Positions 13,098 to 25,183 of a DNA stretch of 64,000 nucleotides are shown piece after piece. Source of the DNA: Daphnia carinata (taxonomy: Eukaryota); the NCBI RefSeq assembly GCF_022539665.2, contig NC_081333.1, positions 1,364,001 to 1,428,000 of the forward strand. The letters are read 5' to 3'. The position numbers were made by a program, and so were the translations under genes. The stretch's first letter is position 1. Every line of letters starts with the position of its first letter. Under the pieces are notes generated by a model. It saw nothing but the letters and a program-made list of their open reading frames with translations. It was not told the DNA's origin and did not search any database.

Positions 13098-15351
13098 TTA
13101 GTTCCATCTCGCGTGTTATAAGCCACGTAATCTTGCAACTAGCTATATGATCAATACAATCCTGTAATCAAAATCCACTACTGATATGGCAATCCGTTTT
13201 ACTCCCCAAAAAAATAAAAAAATAAATCTGTGGCAATCCGTTTTACCAAAAAAGAAAAAATTAAGAAAGTCAGCCTTTTTTTCTTTTTCGTTGCTATCGC
13301 CATCAACCGGCCAGATAGCTAGCAGGTAGCTTTGTTTTTTAAATACACCGAATATTTGACACCATGTTAGCGCGGCAGTACGCTTTAGTGCTAGTTCTAT
13401 GCAGCAGAAATATTCGGTGTATTTCCAAAATGATTGACTTAATGAAAAAGATAACAATTTTATCAGAATCGGCATTAAATTTTGATTATATGCGGTGATA
13501 TTCAACCAATTCCGATGAGTGCCGGTTTCTGCAGAAAATTATTTAAGCCCGACTTTTCTTATTTTTTTTTACACGAATATTGGATGTAATTCAAAAACCG
13601 CTAACTAGACAAGAAAACAAGTGGCTTTTTCTGAATCAGCGTTAGATATTCATTATAGTGCGTGATTTTCATCGAATTCCAAGAGATGTCATTTTTGGCC
13701 GATTTTGACAAAAGTGAGAAGGCTATAGCCTTCTCATTTTTTCATTTTTGGCCAAAAATTTAAATTTCACTTAAAATACATGATTTCGATTTAAAATTGA
13801 ATGGAAATTATGAAAATCAAGTTTATTTTTGCATTGGCTTTATGGTTTTTGAAATATACGTAAAAAACAGAGGGTGCGCTAACAAGTAACAGCACTTTTT
13901 TTCATCTATTTCAAAAACGGGTGGCTTAGCGACAATACCAATCACAGAATCGAAATCACCGTAAAATTTTGATTGTACGGTACGAGTTTCATCCAATTCC
14001 GTGAGATTTCGTTTTTGGCCGATTTTGACAAATGTGAGAAGGCTTATAGCCTTCTTACTTTTTCATTTTTGGCTAAATTTTAAATTTCGCTTAAAATACA
14101 TGATTTCGTTTCAGAATTGAATGCTTATCACGAAAATCAAATTTATTTTCCAATGAGCCTTATGGTTTTTTAAATAAACGTAAAAAACGAAAAAATAAGA
14201 AAAGCCGGGCTTATTTAGTCGGGATTAAAAATTTTTCCTGCAAAAATTGGCACTCATCGGAACTGGTTGAATATCACAGGATATACTTTAAATTGAATGC
14301 TGATACCGAGAAAATTGCTATTTTTTTCACTGAGTCAACCGTTTTGGAAATACACCAACTATTTTTGCTGTATCGTTAGCGCTGTAACGTACTGGCGCGC
14401 TAGCATTCTGTCAAATATTCGGTGTATTTAAAAAACGATTGACTAAATGAAAAAAATAGCAATTTCATCGCAATCAGCATTCAATTTAGACTATATACTG
14501 TGATATTCAAACAGTTCCAATGAGTGTCAGTTTTTGCATTAAAAATATTTAAGCCCCATGAAATAAGCCCGAATTTTCATATATTTTTTTCGTTTTTTAC
14601 GTTTAATTGAAAAACCATAAAGCCCATTGAGAACTAAATTTGATTTCCTTGATAAGCTTTTAATTCTTAATCGAATTCATGTATTTTAAGCGAAATTTAA
14701 AATTTAGCCAAAAATGAAAAAGTGAGAAGGCTATAGCCTTCTCACTTTTGTCAAAATCGGCCAAAAATGACATCTCTTGGAATTCGATGAAAATCACACA
14801 CTATAATGAAAATCTAACGCTGATTCAGAAAAAACCAATCGTTTTCTTGTCCAGTTAGCCGTTTTCGAATTACACCCAATATTCGTGTAAAAAATAAGAA
14901 AAGTCGGGCTTAAAAAATTTTCTGCAGAAACCGGCACTCATCGGAATTGGTTGAATATCACAGCATATAATCAAAGTTGAATGCCGATTCCGACAAAATT
15001 ATTACTTTGTTCATTAAGTCAATCATTTTGGAAATACACCGAATATTTTTGTTGCATAGTGCTAGCGCTATAGCGTACTGGCGCGCTAGCGTTGTGTCAA
15101 ATATTCGGTGTATTTAAAAAACAAAGCTACCTGCTAGCTATCTGGCCGGTTGATGGCGATAGCAACGAAATAGAAAAATAGGCTTGCTTTTTTTTTTTGG
15201 TAAAACGGGTTGCCATAGATTTCTAATTTTATTTTTTGGTTTGTGTAAAACGGATTGCCATAACAGTAGATGATTTTGATTACAGGATTGCGTATTGATC
15301 ACATAGCTGGTTGCAAGATTACGTGGCTTATAACACGCGAGATGGGACCAA
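13098..15351. mobile_element. Non-autonomous fold-back DNA element, ~2.25 kb, with ~770 bp imperfect terminal inverted arms and an internal palindrome
   Basis: CCATCTCGCGTGTTATAAGCCACGTAATCTTGCAAC near 13104 is the exact reverse complement of the sequence ending near 15345. Similarity continues from 13098-13868 against 14592-15351. No credible ORF. Ends are uncertain by about 3 nt. Confidence 0.9.
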
Positions 15352-15939
15352 ATAATTGCCATACACCAAGTTACCTTTTCCAAAGGCGTCGCTACCAATT
15401 CATGTTTACGTTGAATTACGATGCTAGCTAAGCTTCAGTATCGTCTTAATGGCCTAGGACTCAAGGCTGATGAAGAGTGTAAACAAACTTTTGAAAATGA
15501 AAAGGAAAAAGTATATTGTTCATTTGACTAGAATCGCGAGGGGAGGGGTAAAAGAAACAATTGCCGAGCAGATGAAATAAAGTCATCGCATAGATTAGAA
15601 AATTAAAAACATCAACATCAAATTAAGCATCAAGATCAACGAAACATAGCCGTGTGTTCAACAAGGAAAAAGCGTAAGCGCATAACTGCCTTTTATTATT
15701 TTTCTTAAATTATTCTCTTCTATTTTGTTTTTTGTTTTTGTTCCAATTTAATTTTTTTTTGTTTCTTTTTTTACCACGGCAGTTTGGCTAATTGAAAAGG
15801 CGACAGATTATCGAGCCACACGCCGAGTTCTTAAACCAATAATTGAAACATAAGACGGCTTCGGGCTTTGATCGCTTCCGGGCCCAACGGTTGTAAAAGT
15901 GTAGAAATTTAAACTGAAAACGTGTAAAGAAAAGTAATA

Positions 15940-18900
15940 TCAAACTTGAGTTCCAAGTTGAGAAGTAATATCTAGGTGAGTATGTTGACTTTCAATGCTG
16001 AGACTCAAATCTTCGATCGACGCCAAAACGGCTGACGGTCGAGGTTGCTGCATTTCGCAATAGGACTGACCAGTGTTCCTAAATGAAGAAAGGTATGATC
16101 TTCTTAATCTTGTAAACATTGGCACAGGAAGTAACTAACGCACCTTAAAGTATCTGGCGGATGTTTTCGTAACGGAGCATTTTTGGAAAGGTCGCAATCT
16201 GGTGAATCAACAAGAGATGCATCTTCCTCCGCAAAAGGTAGGCTGTCTTGGCTGCCCGATGCCGTCATTTCTCCTCTTTCCATCAACCTCCTACCGATTG
16301 ATAATTGTGCTGGACTAAAGGCAGGTCCACGATCTAGGGCTAAACCTTTGCTTAATTCGAAAAGACCCAACGGCCGAGGACTTGTCGGAGGAGCCTGATT
16401 CGAATCGATCGCGGTCCTCAGCCTCGGATCAGAGTCATATCTGTTAACAAAACCAAAGAGAAAGGATTGTTAACATTTCACTTGCATAAAAATAACTGTT
16501 TCATTTGTACCGTATAGGCGCAGGAAGATTCATACGCCAGCTACGGAAAGAAGCCGGTTGATAAGTTGGAAACTTCTTGCTTTTTTCGACCATATCTTGA
16601 CGTTTGTCATTGGCGACAGCAACAGCAAGCTGTTCATCACTACTAGGCAACAATTCGAAATTCTCAACGCTGAATTTTCCGTGACTGCCGGACGCAGACG
16701 ATGCCTCTTCGGCTTTCTCCCCTAAAAGAGCCATTCGCAACGTATCTGCAGCTCGAGCAAGAGTTGAACCTAGGCCTTTAGATTGTACCTCATCAGCGTC
16801 CACGTCTCTGGATGCTGATAAATTTCTAAGAAAAAGACGAAGGGAAAAGGACCGTTTTGAGAATTCCTGTTAATACATCATACAAAGAGGCTTACTGCGA
16901 AACGTTTTCTGGATCCAATCCAATGTCGATATCGACGGAAGCGTGCTCCGAGACGAGTGTCCCGACTAACGAAAGCGTGCCGTCCTGGGCGATGGAAACA
17001 AGTGTATCGTGCTGTGAAGGACTAGTGCTGGGCGTGTTTGAGAAATCAGCTGCTAAAGAAGGTTGCGACAACGCTAGATCCGATCCCGAGCTTCCCAGCA
17101 AGGGTTTATGACTGGCTGGGCTTCTGCTTGCTGCTGCGTCCAATACCATAGGTGGACGAGAAATTGTGTTCCTTCACAAGAGAAGATATTTGAAAACATT
17201 GTAATAATTAAAATGGCTGTAGGACACAAAAACAATTTGCCAATGGTTAATCGGTTGCAACGGCGGTAGTTTAAAACTTACTCTTTTTTTCGTGAAAGTG
17301 TGACTGAGCCCTCTAGGTAGCGAATGAGCAGGCGACACGATTCCGATTCTAGCGGAATGGCTCCAACGTCTCGATGTCGATTATATATCAGTATGCAAAT
17401 AAGAACCGGGTGGGACACTGGTAGGGGAACCAACAGTTCAGAGTTCCATCCGGCTCGACTGGGCTCTGAAACAATGACCGACTTTCCCATCCATGAGGCG
17501 ACCCCTTCGGAAAGGCTAAAAAGACAGTTCGTTTGCATTAGATTAGTGATACCAAATTGAATTTCAAGTAGATTAAAAATATATTTTTACCGTTTTGAAT
17601 GACCGTGCATCTGCATCCTTTTCTTCTTCCATGGTGGGCTACTATTGGCCGCATCGCGACCGAGCGGAGTAAAAAGGTAAAAATCAGGTAGGCAAGCGGC
17701 CGCTGGTTGGAACGTCCGTTGCGGCCATTCAAAAGGTTCGCTGTCAAGATCAGCTTGCGTGAACATGACTCCATAACGACATAAATTGACGTCCTTTGCC
17801 TAAAAAAGATAGAAACATGGTAAAGGAAAACATTCATGTTAGCAATAGGTTTAATTGAAAGGCGATTAGCCACCTGAAGCTGAATACGGGTTTCTTCGTC
17901 GCCAAGCGGATTTAGAATTGCCGAGCTGAATATTTCACTCAGAAAGATGGCTGATAAAGCCAGCCAGTCTCCTTCTTCTACATTATAACGTTCCCATAAC
18001 TCAGATTCGTTGACACCTAGGCGGACCAGGATTTCAGAAGGGTAAAAAGTGCGTATCATCATAGCTGATCGCACAAGTACCATCTACGCGGTAGGAAAAA
18101 AGAAATCTTGGGTCAAATCGCAGAATCGAAAGACATAAACTTGCAAAGGAAAAAACCTTGAGATCAGCCGACGACATTCTTATCTTTTTCAGGACGTTGG
18201 CATTCAACGACAGTCTCAGTTCTTCCAGACGTCGCTCTACTTTTTCTTCCAGTGACGCCAGCAAAGCTTGTGTCTCCCGCTCCAATTGCACGGCAACACT
18301 CGATGACCTGGTTAATCATTCGATGATATTATTAGCAAAAACTGCAAGCGTTTAGAAAAACAAGGTTAACGATAAAACTTACTTAAGGTTGGATGACGTA
18401 GCATCTGCCTTTTCGATGGGTTTTTCAGCGACGGGTGTAGGGCACCAGGCAGTGCCTGAGAAAGGAGAAAACACTTGTTGAATGAACAGTCGGAATTCTT
18501 CCGCTGGACGTCGAATTAAACGTTCCGTTTGTCGGCGGTAAGCAATCAAACGATCCGATTCGAGGCGAGCTTCAAACGCTGCTAAAGCTTGTTCTTTTGA
18601 TATCTAAATAACGCACGTAAAAATTAAAACATTTAAATCACAACACGTTTAATTGGCGTAATTGCAGTAGTGTATGGAAATCACCTGATAGTGGAATTCG
18701 GTATTTAATCCAGGTCCAGCAATTCGTTTAACTAGGAAACCTTCTGACGCCGGGATACGACCTCTTGGTCGGATGGCGAGGCTGTAGACAAGTGCGTCTC
18801 GAGAACGTACGATCATCCATTGCAGCATCCCATCTGTTGATAAAATAGCAATTGAAAAGAAAGACATTCAGTGAAAATTTGGCATAATTTTCATAGTCTT

Positions 18901-21900
18901 GACTTACAGACGGCCAAGAGAAGAGAAATCAGCGGACAAACGATGAGGGCAGTGACCAAGCAGGCAATAGGTTGCAAAAGTCCATCGAGTAGTAGGTCGC
19001 GAACAAAGACGCGGATCAGGGGAAGGAGAGGGCTACGTTTAGGATCGGGATTATCCACGTCCCACACTAGTATGATGCAGACCTGATAAATAAGGGCGAA
19101 GACGGGAGCCCAAACAGGGGCCGTCAGCGCCAGGCAAATGCCACCGGCGCTGCACAGGATACAAACAACCGGGAAGATCAGGAGAAACAAGAGACTGCAG
19201 AGAAGACCTTTAAAGCCGTAATTCCATACTCTATTCAGCTGTCGAGTTAGGCCTTTTCCCATAAAACCTGTGTCCGGTTTCGTTTCGAACTCGGTTCTTG
19301 ATTTCGAGATGTGACGCCAAAGGGAAGCTAAACGCGAGTTAAGGGTCGGTGTGTACGCAGAGCGACGTGGGCAGAGGGTGCCATTCACTTGCGACAATTC
19401 AAGATCAGCGTAGAAAGGCTGACTTGCCACGAGAGCTCGCAAACCGATCGGACTGCACCAAGGAACAATATAACCGCAAGCATAAGCGCCATTGCACGAC
19501 CAAACCCACGCTCGTTGTAAGAAATTCGCCCAACGCCAGAACGGCCATTGCGTCGTCGTTGTTCTTCTGCTGCTTCGTTCCAACGTATAAACAGGTTGTT
19601 CTTGACCGTCACTGCCACTGCTGCTGCATCTTGGATTCGTAATAGATGTCGGCGTTCCACTCAAGTGGGTCGGTATCACCTAAAAACAGAAATGGAACGT
19701 GGTTGGAAATGGGTCGTGGTCAGCTTAAGTTGACAAATGGATTCGTACCTCAACACCGCCTTGGAAATGACGACGAACGATCCAAGCATGTGGGTTCCAT
19801 ATCCAAGTGTCCCAATGAAATGTACGCGTTGCCTGCTTGTCTGCCCAGAGCTCTTTGCTCAAGATGGGTGCTCGCTAAACATAAATAAAATCAGCTGACG
19901 GACAACAACAAGCTGTTTGTAAAGTACGCTGCTCATACATCTCTGAGAAAAGCGAGATCCCGCGAAAGGAAATAAACAAACTGATCAAGTGACTTGAGGC
20001 GGCATGCGTCAATGGCTTCTTCGTGGCATTTCCATTGATATTCTTTTGCCAATTTCACCTGGAGAAAAACGTTTAGTCCGATTATATTACATGGCTAGGA
20101 TTTTAAAAGATAATGTCATCATACTTTAATGCTGTGAAGTTGTTTTTCCATCCACGGTTTGACGAGAGAAAGCATTGGGTGACGTAGACGTATGTCCAGT
20201 TCGGCTTGAATTAAGTCAGCGGTAAATTTCTCTCGCACTTTGGCAACAGCTTTTTTCATAGTGATAGTAGCCCTCGCCTGATCAATCAGCAATTGCCCAA
20301 TGCCAGGTCCTAGTTGTTCTACATCCGGATGATGAAGAATTGATTCCCAAATATGACCGAAGGGCTCATCGGTAATTAAATCTCGAAAGTCGTCATCAGG
20401 ACCACTATGTCCGGCTTCGTTGCGTTTGCCATCGGCCTTAATTTCTGTTACTTGTTGCCGTGACCAGCGAGTTTTGGACTCCTGTTGCAAAATCCTATTT
20501 ATCACTGGTTTGCTTTTGTCCATGATTTCTCTAGAAACCGAAAATAGAAACCCGATAGCATGAAGTTTAAACATTTCTTCTCACGCATTGCGCAAAGCGT
20601 ATGGTACCTGGAAAAGAGTCTCAGATCAATCAACAAGCCTTTCGGGGTTTGGAAGATATAAGGGAGAGGCGGAGGCTTTTGTTGACGAATATCTGATGAC
20701 CGCTCGCTACTGCCAGCCCCTTGATGATGGGCAAGATAGTGGCGAATAAATCGACACAAGGCAATATATTCTTCTTGGCAATGAACCTAAGACGTCAAAA
20801 ATTGCATTCGTTACTCTTCGAAGTTTTTGCGTGCTTTTCTTTGCGTTATTTTCTAAGTACCGCGCATAACAACTCTGCCACTAAATAGCGGCTTCTTTCT
20901 TCGTGCAGGCGCGCCTCAAAGTCCCGAGGCTGTAGACTTGGCATTCCGAAAATCAAATCTAAAATAATTTAACAAAAGAAAAGTAATGAAGAAGAACGAT
21001 CATAGATTCGGAGTGAAATCTACCCAAGAAGCGATGGAATCCCATCCGGAGACTGCGAAATGATTCTTGAATGCTAAAAACATCACCGGTGAACCTCTCG
21101 CTAGCTGTCAAATTAATAATTGCGGCTGCCCAGGCCAACGTGTTGAGTAGTGAATCCATTGCTACTTCTGTGCCCTTTTGCAAAAGTGGATTCACTCGCC
21201 AGGTATGATGTTGGCCGGGAAAATTTACACTTGCGACGGTAAACAACCTAAACGTATGTTGGCAGAAGAAAAAAGAGTCACACGTTTAGCTAAAATGGAA
21301 TACGGACAAAATGTCAAAAAACAATAATAGCTAACACGCTTCACATTGTATCCTAAACATTGACGAACTGATATGAAGTTCATGCATTTAAGTAGAAAAA
21401 GAAACCCAGATGTGCATGCTGATTCCCGAAACTCCTACCCTGTTTTGCTTATGGAACGCAGTTGATCGGCTGTTAATGTTCTCCAAGTACCAATTTTCAC
21501 AGTTATACTAATGAACATGATAGGAAAAATGAGAAGAAGAAAATCATTATTGTAAAGATACAGATTACATGTAAGTTCGTTTTGGATACAAGATGGCTCG
21601 ACAAAATGCACTGAATTGATAACAAAAACATTTTATAATTACCCATGCTGCCTCACTGAAGTTAACTGCTTATTGCTGAGATGTTTAGCTTCACCATGTG
21701 CATCAACAGATACAACATCCAGATCATCCCATGATGGAATGTCAAAAAGATTGTCTACAACCAGAGGTTTCCTTCTAGTTGAAGCTGAACCTTCACTGAA
21801 TTCCTGAACTGCTATAGGTTGAGGAAGATTGAGAGGAAATGTTTTCCAATGGAAGAGGGTGCTCTCAGCTGTTCGCTGAATTTCCAAAACGAGATCCACA

Positions 21901-22189
21901 AGATGAGGAGCTAGCAGAGATGTATCTAGTTGAAATCTTAATGATTCCTTCTACAAAGGGGTAACATAGAATCAATGAAAGTATTATTGTATTGGCCTTT
22001 GTCTGCCGAACATCAGTACAAACAAGATGACAGACGAGGGGAGGGTCGGAAGAAATAGCTTCTGTATATGTATTACAATTAAATATTATAGACATAAAAA
22101 CGTACCTGAGGGTGGTTGATGCTATTTTCTTCCTCACTTAAGCGAACTTGTTCATCGGAAGCATGATGGACCGTCTTGAAACGGGCCAT
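15940..22189 (-). CDS. Large multi-exon uncharacterised protein with a Trp/Cys-rich region and hydrophobic, probably transmembrane, segments
   Basis: First exon 22189-22106 (MARFKTVHHASDEQ...) splices in frame to KESLRFQLDTSLLAPHLVDLVLEIQRTAESTLFHWKTFP. A chain of ~20 ORF blocks separated by short GT-AG introns runs to TGA at 15940. Hydrophobic stretches at ~18900-19250 (LLCSLLFLLIFPVVCILCS, LVTALIVCPLISLLLAV). No family recognised. Confidence 0.85.
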
Positions 22190-25183
22190 CTTCCTTAAAA
22201 ACTGAGAAGTCTCTTTTTTGTCGCAAGAAACGCTTGACGACACAAAACATTGAGACTAGCGTCTTCTGCTCATGATGGTTTCACTCCAAAATTCAACTAT
22301 AGATGGCCTTCGTAACTAGATCAGTCACCGCGAAGAAATCCAATTTCAAAGGAAGAAAAATCATTTGAGTGATTCTGCCTAAATGATGATCTGCCTAGAT
22401 GTCATGTTTTCTCTTCTTAATTGCGGTTAGATAAATGGCTATACAATTTTCCTGTGATAGCAATAGAAATCTCGGGCATTCCATGCTTGGTTTTAGTACA
22501 TGCAAAAACATAGAGAACAACCAAATAAGCTTTTCACACATAATAGGAGAGATAATGAATTTTCAAGTTATATTATTTTAGAAAAAACCTATAATTTTTT
22601 CTGGTTCACTGGCACTACATTGGGACGTCGAGCATAAAACCTCAAGATAGCCTATATTGAGCGTGTGACAAATTTTTATTGCCGATGGCGTGACTTATTA
22701 TGTAAGCGTGATAATTTCCATCGTTTAAAACGAGGAGTTGGCTTGGGCTAGCGTGATAAAATTGTCATTTTTTTCATAGGTTATAAACTAAGATCATAAA
22801 GCTTAGTAATCCACGCTCCCTACCATTGAATCGCCGGACGTCAAAAGGATGACTACCCGTTAACACAAAAGTCGGACAAAAGTTGTATACGCAACATTAT
22901 TTGAAGAGTAGTCTACCGAAAAAGACCATACGTGGCAAATGGGGCAATAGGTACTACTTATCAGTATAAATATACTGCCGAACTTGCCTGGAAATACTTT
23001 TTGTTACTTTTTTTATTAAGCGCTATAGAGTCCGACAAACTGCGCAACGTGTTCAAATGGAAAACTAACAGCGTCCGAAATTCAAGTCGTGGGTCTATAT
23101 AGATTCACATTTGTCTCGATTACATGTTTTATTTATCATCAAATAGTACAAAGAAAACTCATGGCCGTGCTGATTTGCTCAGCCGTATGGTTTGCTGTGC
23201 GATAAGCAGACGTGCATTGAAAAGAAATAGACGATGTGCACTGGGCGAAGGTTCAGAGCAAATACTACAGCTCATTGACGAACTTGGAGGTTGATGTACG
23301 ATGTGGTGTTCAAAAAAAAACCGTGAAAATCAAAGGGAAAATATTTTTTTCTTTTTCACCCATTTCTTTAGTAAATTGTGCCATCGTCAGGCAAGAGAGA
23401 CGCGTGTTAAAGAAAATGGCGCGAGTTGGAAAGATGCAAAAAAAAACAGGGCAAAATATAAGCATCCTGTGAGTCGTTATCTTTTCTCGCTAGATGAATA
23501 AGGTTTGTTCGATTTTATCTAAAGCTATTCATCTCTTTAAAATTTTATAGGCTTACCAGGATTTGTTGAGCATCCCTAGATGGTATATCTTCAACCAGAG
23601 TTGTTGGCGTTGTAAATAAAATAAAGAAACGACTGCATAAATATACGGTTGGCTTTCTGATTAATCAAACTATAAAAAGCATTTAGGGGTTTCATTTTTA
23701 TTGAAGAGAAAAGTTTACAGCGGTGTAGTCCGATGCTCGTATATATATATAAAATTTTACATAGTTTTGGTGAAACAACGCGCTTGGAGAAAGGTATAAC
23801 ATAAAAACAAATCAGCATTTTTGGTGGACAGAGCATATACATAACATAAAAGAAACAAAAATGGTCTTTCAATTGCGCAACGCTCCCACCTTTCCTTTTG
23901 ATAAAGAAATCAGATTTGAAGCAGTGATTCATGTGTCAATGCGTATACACGTTCAACTGTTTATTTTCTACAATTGTTGTCCAAACAAATATCCTTTTAG
24001 TAAACCCCTCAATAATTTTATTTTTAGGTTTCGTTTGGTGGCGTACTTGCTTGGCGGCTCTTCTGGCGCACTTCGGTGTAGCTGCTTGATGGGAAATGCG
24101 AAATGACAAGAAGATGGTGGGCATCCGTTAGCCGGAGCGTACCGGAAACGACTTTTTGCAGACGTTCAAATGTGAATCCTTTTTGCTTCCGTAGAAGTCT
24201 AATCTTTGCTGATCGCACACGCGTATACATAGGAAATGAGAGGGCTAAAGCCGTAAAGGAAAGATGAGCGCGCTTGACATTATAATAACCAAAAAAGGTG
24301 GAGAGAAAAATATGACATAGACGTGTGACTGGTATGATTTGCTCCATTCCTTTTTCTTTTTTTGCTGTTTTAGTACAACATATCAAAAAAAAGGGGGAAA
24401 ATGGCCACGTATAACATTATTCATAAAAAGAATTCGTAAATGATAAGAAATAACTGTCACAGCATCAACATTCATTTTAAGGGAAAAGACGAACATAATT
24501 GACTATGGGAAACTAAAAAAATGGCACTGTATAGCTTTTCATGTACAAAGTGTTGTGTGAACTACATCAACTCTATGGCTATAAGATAGTGTAGTGTTAT
24601 TAAAGAAATAAGCAATAACACAGCAGTTTGGCTTCCACCGAAAAGACAATGCAACAGTTCATATCGTTATGTACGCCTTCATCTATAAACTGCACGTTTC
24701 ACTGTTCAAACCGAATAGCTTAAACACAATCAGCCCAAATCAAAAAAAAAAATGAATTAAAAAGAATAGACACGAGAATAACACGTCATCTTTACGATGG
24801 AACGTTAGAGTGGGTAAATACATCCCATAAAATATTAAATGAAACCTATATGTACAGTATATCGCACCAAAAGAGTCAAAACTGAGGGGCGTTTTGATAT
24901 AATGTACAAATGACATTAACACAAAATAAGGGTGTGGCTCTTTTCTCGTACACGAACGAACGTCGTATTTGGGATGCGACTCGATCGATGACTACGCATA
25001 TAAAAACGGAATCAAAAAGAGGGGCCAAAAAAATGAAATAAAAAAAATTCAATCAAAAAAGGAAACAAAAATCTAATCAAAGTAGAGTGTCTCCTGTATA
25101 AGTGAAAATTCAATTTCGCTTGAAAGGCTTCATCTCTGGTTGAATCTGACTGAAAATGCCTCGCACAACAAAAAAATGAGGTG

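Noticed and set aside
13341..15115. Repeated palindromic modules as a CRISPR-like array
   Set aside because: Eukaryotic context, the repeats are inverted and nested, the intervening sequences are themselves repeated rather than unique, and there are no cas genes.
13143..15398. ORFs within the fold-back element as a possible transposase
   Set aside because: Short and AT-rich with no DDE, HUH or tyrosine-recombinase motif; the element appears non-coding.
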